NCBI GenBank assembly: GCA_951406725.2
Contig: OX597829.1
Coordinates: 22,196,001 to 22,260,000 of the forward strand
Direction: 5' to 3'
Source of the DNA: Octopus vulgaris
Lineage: Eukaryota
DNA length: 64,000 bases
In this document: one piece after another, positions 27,003 through 38,493 of the stretch
Position numbering within the stretch: position 1 is the first letter of the stretch
Layout of the letters: each line of letters begins with the position of its first letter
The notes under the pieces: generated by a model
Seen by the model: only the letters and a program-made list of their open reading frames with translations
What the model was told of the DNA's origin: nothing
Databases searched by the model: none
Translations under genes and position numbers: made by a program

Positions 27003-27104
27003 CACTCTGATGATTCCCATACAAGGTATTTAAAATGCAAAATGATATATTTATGTATGTTTTGTAATTTTAATTTTGTTTGTGAAATGAAACCATTGTA
27101 GGTG
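27003..27104 (+). ncRNA. Type I hammerhead-ribozyme-like motif with extended stem II
   Basis: cact-CTGATGA (27007-27013)...GAAAC (27089-27093)-catt-GTA-ggtg. Stem I cact/ggtg; stem II ttcccatacaa/ttgtttgtgaa. AATAAA at 27121. Confidence 0.55.
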
Positions 27105-27207
27105 AATATATTGATTAATTAATAAATTAATTTGTATCCATTAGATCTTTCTGTTTTCTAACTCAATAATAATGTTTGATATGTTATATAGATATATATA
27201 TATATAG

Positions 27208-27518
27208 GTACAGGAGTGTCTGTGTAGTGAGTAGCTTGCTTACCAACCTCATTGTTCCTTGTGAGTGGATTTGCTAGGCAGAAACTGAAAGAAGCCCGTC
27301 CTATATATATATGTGTGTGTGTGTATATGTTTGTCACCCAACTATCGCTTGACAATCGATGCTGGTGTGTTTACGTCCCCATAACTTAGCGGTTCGGCAA
27401 AAGAGACCGATAGAATAAGTACTAGGCTTAAAAGATTAAGTCCTGGGGTTGATTTGTTCGACTAAAGGCAGTGCTCCAGCATGGCTAAAGTCAAATGACT
27501 GAAACAAATAAAAGAATA
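27208..27518 (+). mobile_element. SINE family A, internally deleted
   Basis: Head caggagtgtctgtgtagtgag, plus body and tail matching the family. Confidence 0.88.
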
Positions 27519-27665
27519 TATATATATATATATATATATATTAATTAATAAGGGTGAGAGAATTAGATACTAATTTAATAGTATATCTATTCTACACCAA
27601 GTGGCCTAGTGCTCCGAGAAACCTGGATTATTATAATATTTTATAATATATTATAATATTTTTAC

Positions 27666-27863
27666 AAAATAAATATAAGAGAGTGGTCAATATATGGCTC
27701 ACTCTAGCACCAGTTAATCCAAAGGTTTCAACCACAAAAATACATGTTTCCCATGAAAGTCAGTACGATTGTTACTTTCATGGGAAACATGTATTTTTGT
27801 GGTTGAAACCTTTTGGATTAACTGGTGCTAGAGTGAGCCATATATTGACCACTCTCTTATATT

Positions 27864-27869
<6 letters not shown>
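27666..27869. repeat. Near-perfect palindrome, ~95-bp arms with a 13-nt loop
   Basis: 27666-27760 is the reverse complement of 27774-27869, apart from a 1-nt indel. Confidence 0.95.
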
Positions 27870-27897
<28 letters not shown>

Positions 27898-28026
27898 CAT
27901 GTTCCTTTCTGTTGAAGAGCATAAAAGACTTTTTCACTTCCTGAGTGTTAAACTATTACATCTTTTGTTGTTTACACACCTGTCTTCATCTTTTGTTTTG
28001 TTTTTGTTTTTGTTTTTGCAAATTCC

Positions 28027-28078
<52 letters not shown>

Positions 28079-28160
28079 CTAAAGTAGTTAGGAAAGACAA
28101 ACAATTAGGCAAGGCATTGCAAGGACATTTAATTTCATTTAATGGTTAAAAAAAAAGGTG

Positions 28161-28246
28161 TCTGACTACTGTTTCTGGGATATCCCAGCTGTAGGATCAT
28201 CATATCAAGTGAAGACTTTGTAAGTTGGGTATTCTATCATCAGAGA
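28161..28246 (-). ncRNA. Type I hammerhead-ribozyme-like motif
   Basis: Minus strand reads tct-CTGATGA...GAAAC-agta-GTC-aga. Stem I tct/aga; stem II gaatacccaact/agctgggatatc. Confidence 0.5.
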
Positions 28247-28339
28247 GATATAAGTTAGACAGTGGAAGAATGTTCTTCATCAGTGATAATTGTTGTGGTG
28301 CCGTATGTCCAGTTAGATCGGGTCCTCTTTAAGTAAATC

Positions 28340-29065
28340 TATGATCAGAAAGAATGGCTAGGTAGCATAGCATACTGAGCACAGCATGCTTCTTCAATCT
28401 TTCCTTTCCATATGCAGCCCTTCATTAGGCCAGCAGGAGCCCCTCTCCACGACTGTCTCCCACATTTCCACCCTCTTGTATCTCTGACTTTGCCCCTAGA
28501 ACCTGTGCATCTCTTGCATGTCACCCCTACCCACACCTTGCATCATTCTGCTAACACATCTAACTCACGCTTACTTCCTACACCTCCTTCAACAGATATT
28601 CACACTCCTGTGAACTTATTTACCCACCCATACTACTTCTCTTTATTCACTTTCCTGAAGCTTTAGCGTACAACCTGACACATCTTCACCACCATCCTGC
28701 TTCTCCATCAACTGGAGTAGCCATGTATCTCCCTTACAGCTTGACACCTGTTCTTGTCTCCACATCACATCACCTGGTATAAAGCCACCTCCCTCAATAC
28801 TACTCACACTCCACTCATTTGAGACATCTTGTCTTGTCTTGCAAGTTACTTGGTAACCTCACTAATGCTGGTACCACATGAAAAGCACCCAGTACACTCT
28901 GTAAAGTGGTTAAAGCTAGGAAGAGCATTCAGCCATGGAAACCATGCCAAAATAGACATTTGAACTTTGGGGCAGTCCTCTGGCTTGCCAATCCCTGTTG
29001 AACTGTCCAAACCATGCTAGCATGAAAAATAGATGTTTAATAATAATAATGATGATGATGATTAT
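28340..29065 (+). mobile_element. 3' UTR and tail of the RTE-type LINE
   Basis: 28715-29060 matches the reverse complement of 53317-53690 (e.g. tagccatgtatctcc, catcacctgg, cctccctcaatac, gtcttgtcttg), ending in (GAT)n. Confidence 0.7.
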
Positions 29066-29899
29066 AATGATGACGGTCATAAGAGATCACGAGTCCAAGC
29101 ATGACTGTCCCTGAGAGCCATCCTTGTTTTTTCCAGTTTTGACTAGTTTCATGAGTTTTTTTAGTTTTTTTTTTATTTTATGTGAAGAGATGATTGTCTA
29201 GTGTCCAGATGATGGTGGATGTCAAGATTGAGACTAGCCAAATATACTGTTAGTACACTAATGTTGTTTCTTTCTGTGAATATCAGATCCGGTATTTGTG
29301 ATTGCTCTAAATAAGTTTGTGCATCATTTTGCTTTCTTTATTTAGTTTTGTGTGTGTTAATAATACTGTAACTCGTAATGTTTTTGTCTTCTGTGTGCAT
29401 ACATATTTGAGGTTACTGGCTAAAGGTAAAAGAAAATACAGGAGGATCAGTTAATGATGATTTTATTCAACATATTCCCCTCTCAGATTCCCACACTTGT
29501 TGCGGAGGTCCTTCAGTTTTTCTAAGCCCTGTAAATGGACTCAGAAGGTTGGGCCTCCAACCAGGATCTTTTCAGCACCCTCTTCAGTATCTTTATGTCA
29601 CTGGGTATGACAATCGATTGTGTTTGATGTCTGTTGGGGTTTTTTTTGTTTTTGTTTTTGTTTTTTTCAAATGCTTCTGACTTTTATTTTTTTATATGTT
29701 ACATTTTGCTGCTATTAAAATAATGTTTCTAGGTGAGTTTGGCCGTGGTGCAGTATCTGAAAATGGTGGTAATAAAAATAACAGTGTTGTGATTATATCT
29801 GAAGATTAATGGTTGGTTGAACACAGGGAGGGTCAAAGCAGGTGCTGTCCTTTATCTGTGCTACTTATATGTCAGTTTAATTTATATCTATACATGAGG

Positions 29900-29956
29900 T
29901 ACATACATACATACATACATACATACATGCATGCATGCATGCATACATACATACAT

Positions 29957-30042
<86 letters not shown>
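29900..30042. repeat. (TACA)n(CA)n microsatellite
   Basis: Directly visible. Confidence 0.97.
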
Positions 30043-30044
<2 letters not shown>

Positions 30045-30665
30045 AATGTGCAACTTGAGATTATACATTGTTTAGGAAATGCAAACAGAACTAGTGTAAC
30101 TTCTTGATCTTACATATATTCTACATACAATTGTACATAATGAATGTGGGGGGTTGGGTTCCGGATTGTGCACTTCATCTTTAAATACTATTGTAATGAA
30201 ATCAAACAAAATTTGTACAGCAATTGATTATTAATACACTTTTTATTCATGTTGTGTGTATTCATGCATGCACTTACATATTCACGCCTACAACATACGT
30301 ATGTGTGTGTGTGTGTGTGTGTGAACATATCCATTCATGCATGTACACAAACAAACGTTAATTATTAACATTCCAGAATTTATTGGGGAATATTAAGTAA
30401 GGATCCTTGAAAATTAAATAGGCAAAACGGAATTCACTCAAAGATTTATAAGTCTACATATACAGACCGTGTGTGTGTGTGTGCAGTGTAGGTGTATATA
30501 TATATATTTATATATACACATATATAGATATTTATATATATATATATTACAGCTTTTCAATAATCTTAATAGTCTCTAATTGGCAGGGGATTGTAGCATA
30601 ACTTAAATCTTACTGCTTGTCTGCCTATCTAATTTTATATGTGTGTGTGTGTGTGTGTGTGTGTG

Positions 30666-30975
30666 GAGGCGCAATGGCCCAGTGGTTAGGGTAGCGGACT
30701 CATGGTTGTAGGATCACAGTTTCGATTCCGAGACTGGGCGTTGTGAGTGTTTATTGAGCGAAAACACCTAAAAGCTCCACGAGGCTCCGGCAGGGGGTGG
30801 TGGTGATCCCTGCTGTACTCTTTGACCACAACTTTCTCTCACTCTTTCTTCTGTAGGCCTGCTCGCTTAGCCAGCAGGGTGGCGGCATTCGAAGGCTAAA
30901 ACAATGTGAAGCGCATTGTGCCCAGTGATGTGTAGCAACATCTGGTGGCCTGGTCGGTCACGTGGTCACTTGATA
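30666..30975 (+). mobile_element. tRNA-derived SINE of another family
   Basis: ggcgcaatggcccagtggttagg (A box), gtttcgattcc (B box), 3' tgtgaagcgcattg segment. Inserted after (TG)n. Confidence 0.8.
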
Positions 30976-30979
30976 TATA

Positions 30980-31937
30980 CCAGTATACCCTGTTCTCACC
31001 ATCTACACCGGATACGCCTTACTCATCTACACCGGGTACGCCCTACTCCCTCCTCCTCCCCCCACTACCCCTTCTCCTCATATGCTTTCACTGTGAAAAG
31101 ACAAGCTGCTAGCGCCATAGCTCATCAACTGCCCACCGATCTTACGCTTCCTCCTGACACTGCCTCATTCCGACCATCCCCTTTAGTACCCTCCCGCCTC
31201 GTAATATCCTACGTTTTTATTTCTTAGGAACCTACACCAACCCTTCCTGCCATCGTTCCTCCTTACCCCAACCTTCCCCACTGGTTGCTCCCCTATATTA
31301 CCCGCCTAAACTGGACCCCCCTCCCCAACTCAACTCTAGAATATCTGTATTTCTTTCCTCTACCTAATTACGTTACTCAGTGACGATAACGAATGTCTTT
31401 ATTTCTTAGGAACCTACACCAACCCTTCCTGCCATCGTTCCTCCTTACCCCAACCTTCCCCACTGGTTGCTCCCCTATATTACCCGCCTCAACTGGACCC
31501 CCCCTCCCCAACTCAACTCTAGAATATCTGTATTTCTTTCCTCTACCTAATTACGTTACTCAGTGACGATAAATGCTGTGACTACAAAGTCCCGGGCTGC
31601 TTTCTGCAGCAATTCCACATACCCCCTACCCATTCTAAGTACCCCGGATCCCCAAAGTACCCCGGACCTCGTTGCCCCCGTGCCGCTGACACGTTAAAAT
31701 GCTTGAACCGATCGTGACGATGCCGGACCCTCCGGCCCCTGTGCAGGTGGCACGTAAAAAGCACCCAATCCACTCACGGAGTGGTTGGCGTTAGGAAGGG
31801 CATCCAGCCGTAGAAACTCTGCCAGATTCAGACTGGAGCCTGGTGCGGCCCCTGGCTTCCCAGACCCGGTCAAACCGTCCAACCCGTGCTAGCGCGGAAA
31901 GCGGACGTTAAACGATGATGATGATGATGATGATGAT
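30980..31937 (+). mobile_element. Young C-rich retroelement 3' region with an internal 182-bp tandem duplication and (GAT)n tail
   Basis: 31216-31389 is repeated at 31398-31572 with one mismatch. The CpG-intact tail 31735-31937 belongs to the (GAT)n family. Confidence 0.7.
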
Positions 31938-32164
31938 ATATATATATATTGTAGAATAAGAAATAGGAAATCCTTGGTACAGTATTATGTATTTAAACAA
32001 AAATGGATAGAAGCTGCTCTTTTGATAATTTTTCCACTTTAATAATTAGACATAAAGGTCTAAACATCTAATTATTAAAGTGGAAAAATGATCAAAAAAG
32101 ACATTTCTATTCATATTTTCAAATATATATATATATGGAATATATATATATATATATATATATG

Positions 32165-32198
<34 letters not shown>

Positions 32199-32940
32199 AA
32201 TATATATATATATATACACGGAAAAAGTTCAATGCACCACATCACATCTCTGCATTTTCTCTCTCTGTGTCTGGGTGTTTGCTCATACATTTACTTTAAT
32301 AGCAATAAAATGTAACATATATTGAAAAAAGGTCAGAAGCATTTGAGAAAAAAAAAGACAGACATAAAACACAACCGGCTGTCATACCCAGTGACATAAA
32401 CATACTAAAGAGGGTGCTGAAAAAATCTTGGTTTTGAGGGTACTGCGAGAGGCCTGGTTTGAGGCATAATATCTAAAGATAAACTGATATTTAAGCAGTC
32501 TGGTTGATAGAATTAATTAAAATAACTTCCTTATTTATTTTTTTTCATCTATTATTTATGATATTGAGGTCTGTAACAGGGGAGGTTGGCAATGTTACTA
32601 GCAAGAAGGAGCACAAGTTTACTAAAGGGTATGGTATGAAAAGTCAGTCAGTTGATTAATGAGGGATTAAAAGTAAATGGGGAAAACAATGATAAAATCT
32701 GATTAGAAAGACCCCATTTTTTAGGATTTTTCTCAGTGAAAGGATCATCTATTGAACAGATTTGTTCTGAATTAAATAAAGAACTCCCCCCTCCATAAAC
32801 ACATACATACATACATATATGTATATGTATGTATAAAGACACTTAAGTTATTAGTGTCAATTTAAATACAGTTATTCTGATCCTTATATTTTTGTGATTT
32901 TGTATAAAATATTAAACTAAAATTATTGCTGACATATTAT

Positions 32941-33173
32941 TACTCTTTTACTTGTTTCAGTCATTTGACTGTGGCCATGCTGGAGCACCGCCTTTAGTCA
33001 AGCAAATTGACCCCAGGACTTATTCTTTGTAAGCCTAGTACTTATTCTATTGGTCTCTTTCGCCGAACTGCTAAGTTACAGGGACGTAAACACACCAGTA
33101 TCGGTTGTCAAGCGATGTTGGGGGGACAAACACAGACACAAATATATACACATACATATATATATGTATTATG

Positions 33174-33210
<37 letters not shown>

Positions 33211-33381
33211 ACACACATATATACGATGGGCTTCTTTCAGTTTCCGTCTACCAAAGCCACTTACAAGGCTTTGTCGGCCCGAGGCTAAAGTGGAAGACAC
33301 TTGCCCAAGGTGCCACGCAGTGGGACTGAACCCAGAACCATGTGGTTCGTAAGCAAGCTGCTTACCACACAGCCACTCCTA
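32941..33381 (-). mobile_element. SINE family A, full length
   Basis: Complete head, body, internal (TA)n and tail on the - strand. Confidence 0.92.
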
Positions 33382-34036
33382 TAAATCATTTGTGGGAAAA
33401 ATTTTACTGGGTGGCTTCAAATCATCAATGTTCAACATTTTACTTTAATACTTTTATTTAGAAACAAAATGTTGATTAATATTAAGATTTTTAACTTTAT
33501 ATTTTGTTTCTAACCAATTATCTCTTGACATTATCATCATTGTCATCGACATCAAACATTTGATGCCCATTCTTTAATTCCTATGCAGAACATGTCTTCT
33601 CATTAGCTTATTCTTAACCTTCTCTCTATATATATCTTGTTCTCTGGTCTGTAAAGTTCAACAATATTAGATAAGATGTATACTGGCTCCAGACACTTTT
33701 ACTAACTCAACACATTCACACATATCTAATACTGATAAAGTAGGAACTGCTTTGTTTTTGTATCTGCAAACTAATGTTAAATCCTGTAATTTCTTTAATT
33801 CACCTAAAGACATTTCCATGTCCTTGCCTAGATGTTATTTAAGTGGCAGGTGTCCCTTAGTGAATTAGAACTGCTTATCTATTTTATTTACCTGTCTGTC
33901 CTGCCTGTGTATTATCTGGACGTCCAAGTAGGTTTATCTTTAAATGTGTGTGATAGCTAAAAGATGCTAAAGAAAAAAAATTTTTTTTCTTTTTCAAGGG
34001 AAGCATGTCCATGCCTGTTTTATAGTTTTTCATATA

Positions 34037-34365
34037 TGAGGAGGTGCATAGCTTAGTGGTTAGGGTATTTAGTTCACAATTGTATGGTTGTGAGTTCAAT
34101 TCCCGGTTGCGTATTGTGTCCTCGTACAAGACACTTTATTTCACGTTGCTCCAGTCCACTCAGCTGGCAAAAATGAGTATTACTTGTATTTCGAAGGACT
34201 GACCTTGTTACATTCTTGGTCATGCTAAATTCCCCTGGAAAGTACATTAAGAGTAAGCATGTCTGTGGAGTACTCAGCCATTTGCACGTTAATTTCATGA
34301 GCAGGCTGTTCCGTTGATCGGATCTACTGGGACCCTCAGCATTGTAACCCAACTGAGTCCCAGTG
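34037..34365 (+). mobile_element. CORE-like SINE, variant of family C with a different 3' half
   Basis: Head and gacactttatttcacgttgctccagt are shared with family C. The 3' half gtctgtggagtactcagccatttgcacgttaatttcatgagcagg also occurs on the - strand at ~52705-53014. Confidence 0.8.
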
Positions 34366-35428
34366 ATCATATATGACTCTTGAACTAACAGATTTTTCCA
34401 GCTGTGTTCTGTATTATCGCTTACTCTTCTCCTAAATCACTAAAATTAACAGGATTTCTCAACTGTCTCCAGAAGAAGTTTTCAGGTTTTTGTTTACTCA
34501 TATTATCATTTGAAGTTTGTGTTGTAAAAGGGGTAAAGGGTTAACCCCCACCCCCACCCCTGCCTTTAGTCATGAATGACCATGGGATTGCACCTAGAAA
34601 ATTCCCTTCCTAGGCACAAGTCCAGGCAAGCTTGTTTATGGAAGACTAGCAGTCACCCATGCATACCAGCCTACCCTCTCCATGCTACCGATGTTAGCCA
34701 AGGGAAAGGCAAAAGCCAATACAGCTTGGCACCAGTGACATCACAGCTCACTTCAACAGCTGAGTGAACTGGAGCAATGCTCAAGAACACAACACACAGC
34801 CCAGTTCAGGAACTGAACTCACTACCTCATGGTTGTGACCCCAATGTTCTAAACACTGAGTCATATGCCTTCACATGCACATTCCTACATCCACTGACCA
34901 TTTCCCAACCATTCACTCTGCATCCAAATACCTACTTTACACCTATTTTTGTATTACTACAGCCTCCCTACACGTATCTCCAATGCACCACACCCTAGCC
35001 CTACACATGCCGTTGTGGCTACAATCTCTCTCTCTCTCTCTCTCTAATAAATTCTACTGCTCCCCTCTCCCTGCATCCAATCTATTTAAATTACATTACA
35101 TATTTTCCCTTATCAATGTAAATTCTTTGGTTATTCCAATTTACTTGATATAAATTCTTGGTTTGATTATTTTCAAAGATTAAATGTTAAAGAATTTGCA
35201 CATAACTAACTTGTGAAGTTCTGTAGCTAATTGTTCATTTATTTATATAATATCTCAATATTTGTTCGTAATATCCTTACTTCAAAGGCACCTCTTTTTT
35301 AATAACTTGTACTTACTTATTAGTATTTATGTAACTTTTCTTAGACAGTCAGTACCTCCAGCACATTCTTAGATGTTTGATACATCAGCACTTCCTTAAT
35401 TGGTGTACCAATACTTTTTTATAGGAGA

Positions 35429-35908
35429 CTAGCAGTATCGCCCGGCGTTGCTCGGGTTTGTAAGGGAAATAACTATATAAGCATTTTAATAGCCATAATA
35501 ATAATAATAATAATAGCCATAATAACTATACAAGTTATTATAGCCATAATATAATATAATAGCCATAATAACTATATAAGCATTTTAATAGCCATCTCAA
35601 TATGGCTAACCACAAAGGGGGGGGTGTTACTGTAGCTTTTTACGTTCTGAGATTTAATAATAAATTTTTAGAGAGTTACTTCCCTTATATATGCCAAAAA
35701 TGCATTAAAAATGGGAAAAATTGATGGTAAATTTCTTTTTAAATCGTAGACTCATCGTAGACGCGCGCTAATACCCAGAAGGGCTCGATATGAATCATGA
35801 CTATAAGATACCCGGTTTTGGTTAAACTGCACCACAAAATGTGTGAGTAGTTAGGAATCTAAATCGTAGGAGACAGACAGTACACAACCTCACTTTTATA
35901 TATAAAGA
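35429..35908 (-). mobile_element. Non-autonomous Helitron
   Basis: On the - strand it starts TC (A|TCTTTATATATAAAA) and ends CTAG|T. A GC-rich hairpin cccgagcaacgccggg (35441-35456) lies just before the end. No target-site duplication; internal tagccataata repeats. Confidence 0.88.
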
Positions 35909-37656
35909 TTTGTTGTGTAAGGCTGGAACAATGCAAAAAAGGTGCAAAGTAAACTAGAAAAGGAAAAGTAAACAAAACAAAGTTGCAATTCTACCTTGTA
36001 TTTCTATATTTCAGGGTTATAATCCCTTCTTCAGGACATTTGGTAAAAGCGAGGAAAAGAAAAGTTGTTGCTCGGATATGTGGGGAGGGAGGAGGTAGGG
36101 GGAGGAAGGTGACGTGTGCAAACTGGTGTTGCTATAGTAACCAGTCTCCTTCATGTGGTTCCTCCCTCCCTGTTGTTAATGGCCGGTCTCAGTTTGTTGA
36201 TATACTGTTGGTACCATCTAAGATGAAGGGTATGTCTATTGAGAACATTCTTTGGTAGAGATAGTACAATTTAATGTTCTGTAACAACAAAAAATATATT
36301 CCCCACCTTCACATTTCACAGCCTCACGCTACATCATTATTTGCACATGAATGCTGTTGCCATGTAAAAAGCACTCAGCCCACTCTGTGGGTGGGTTGGT
36401 TGGTGCTAGGAAGGACATCCAGCCATAAAACCCCTGCCAAAACAGACACAGAAGTATGGTGCAGTTTCCCAGCTTGCCAACTTCTGTCAAACTGTTCAAC
36501 CCATACCAGCATGGAAGGCTGTCATTAAACGATGATGGTGTTGATTATGAATCCATCACACTCTAAAGATTCTAAATTGTTACAAATACAAGGTTTAAAT
36601 TCTCTGGTTATATCTTACGGTGGACTCACATTTAAAACACTGCCTAAATTTCAATCTAAGGGCTAAGTTTCAGAAAATACTTTGGTTTCTCACTTGTTTA
36701 ACACTCTGAAATAAAGAACCACGTTGAAGGACTGCCAACATAATCAAATATAAGTACTGCTGCTGCTACACGTAGAAACATTGCTGGCCATATTTAAAAG
36801 AGGATCAGTTCAGTTGATTACTCAAAGATTGCCCACCAGTACACCACAAACACTTGTTCATAAATCTGCTGTGTCTTCTCCTCACCTCTTTTACCACCAC
36901 TGCTACTATGACTACTGCTCTTCGGAACTAGTTGGCTGCATAACATCTCTGCCTGAATCTATCCGCCGCATAATCTTCTAACCTCTCTCTCCCTCCTCAT
37001 CACACACTCACACGTTCTGTGCTAAAATATTTGACCCATCAGTCTCCCCCTAACCCTCACACCAGTTTCCTCCTTGGCCATACATTTCCTGCCAGTATTG
37101 ACCCTTTCAGCACTGTTAATCTCAACATTAACTGCATCAGATTCACCAGTGGAAAGTAAAGGATGGACATAAAACTAATCCATCATTCTATTATTTCTAA
37201 CACTATCAACCTACTTGGCATTTATTTAAATATAACATTGATGTGAAATCTCTCTCTATATGTATGTGTGTTAGTAGGTGGATGTATATAGTATATATGT
37301 ATGTTTGTGTGTGTGTGTTGATGCTAATAGGAAAATAGAACCCAAAACACAAGTAGGTATATATATTTTTTTAAATTTCACATAAGCAACAGAGTGATTC
37401 AAGTGCCAAGAGTTTCATACATTAGCATTTATCAAACTGTCAGCCCTTGAGTCACTCTGTTGCTTCTGCTATATATATATATATATATATATATGCATGT
37501 ATGTATAAATATATATACGTGCATACATATATCATCATCATCATTTAAAGTCCGTCTTCCATGATGGCATAGGTTAAACGGTTTAACAGGAGCTGGCCAG
37601 GTAGAAGACTACACCAGGCTACTGTGTTTGCGTGTGTGTGTGTGTGTGTGCATGTA

Positions 37657-37708
<52 letters not shown>

Positions 37709-37714
37709 TATCCA

Positions 37715-38493
37715 TATAGGTGCAAGTGTGGCATCTTCGACAAGTGTCTTCTACTATATCCTCGAGCCGACCAAAGCCTTGTGAATGGATTTGGTACACA
37801 GAAACTGAAAGAAGCCTGTCGTATGCGTGTATATGTGTGTGTGTGTGTGTGTGCGCGTGTGTGTGTGTGCGCGTGTGTGTGTGTGTGAGTTTGTCCCCCT
37901 ACCATCACTTGACAGCCAGCCTTGGTGCATTTACGTCCCTGTAACTTAGTGTTTCGGCAAAAAGTGACCGATAGAATAAGTACTAGGCTTACAAAGAATA
38001 AGTCCTGGGGTCGATTTCTTCGACTAAAGGTGGTGCTTCAGTATGGTCGTAGTCAGATGGCTGAAATAGATAAAGAATATATATATTCGCAGGAGTGGCT
38101 GTGTGGTAAGTAGCTTGTTTACCAATCACATGGTTCCAGGTTCAGTCCCACTGCGTGGCACCTTGGGCAAGTGTCTTCTACTATAGCCCCGGGCCGACCA
38201 ATGCCTTGTGAGTGGATTTGGTAGACGGAAACTGAAAGAAGCCCGTCGTATATATGTATATATATGCGTGTGTGTGTTTGTGTGTCTGTGTTTGTCCCCC
38301 TAGCATTGCTTGACAACCGATGTTGGTGTGTTTATGTCCCCGTTACTTAGCGGTTCGGCAAAAGAGACCGATAGAATAAGTACTGGGCTTACAAAAGAAT
38401 AAGTCCCGGGGTCAAGTTCTCGATTAAAGACGGTGCTCCAGCATGGCCGCAGTCAAATGACTGAAACAACTAAAAGAGTAAAAGAGTAAGAGT
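37715..38493 (+). mobile_element. Two head-to-tail family A SINEs (37715-38080 truncated; 38089-38493 full length)
   Basis: Both carry the family body and tail. The second has the complete tRNA-like head. Confidence 0.9.

Noticed and set aside
27683-28087. 134-aa ORF and the many YIYIYI/THTHTH/CVCVCV ORFs
   Set aside because: They are produced by the palindrome and by microsatellites, with no protein-family resemblance.
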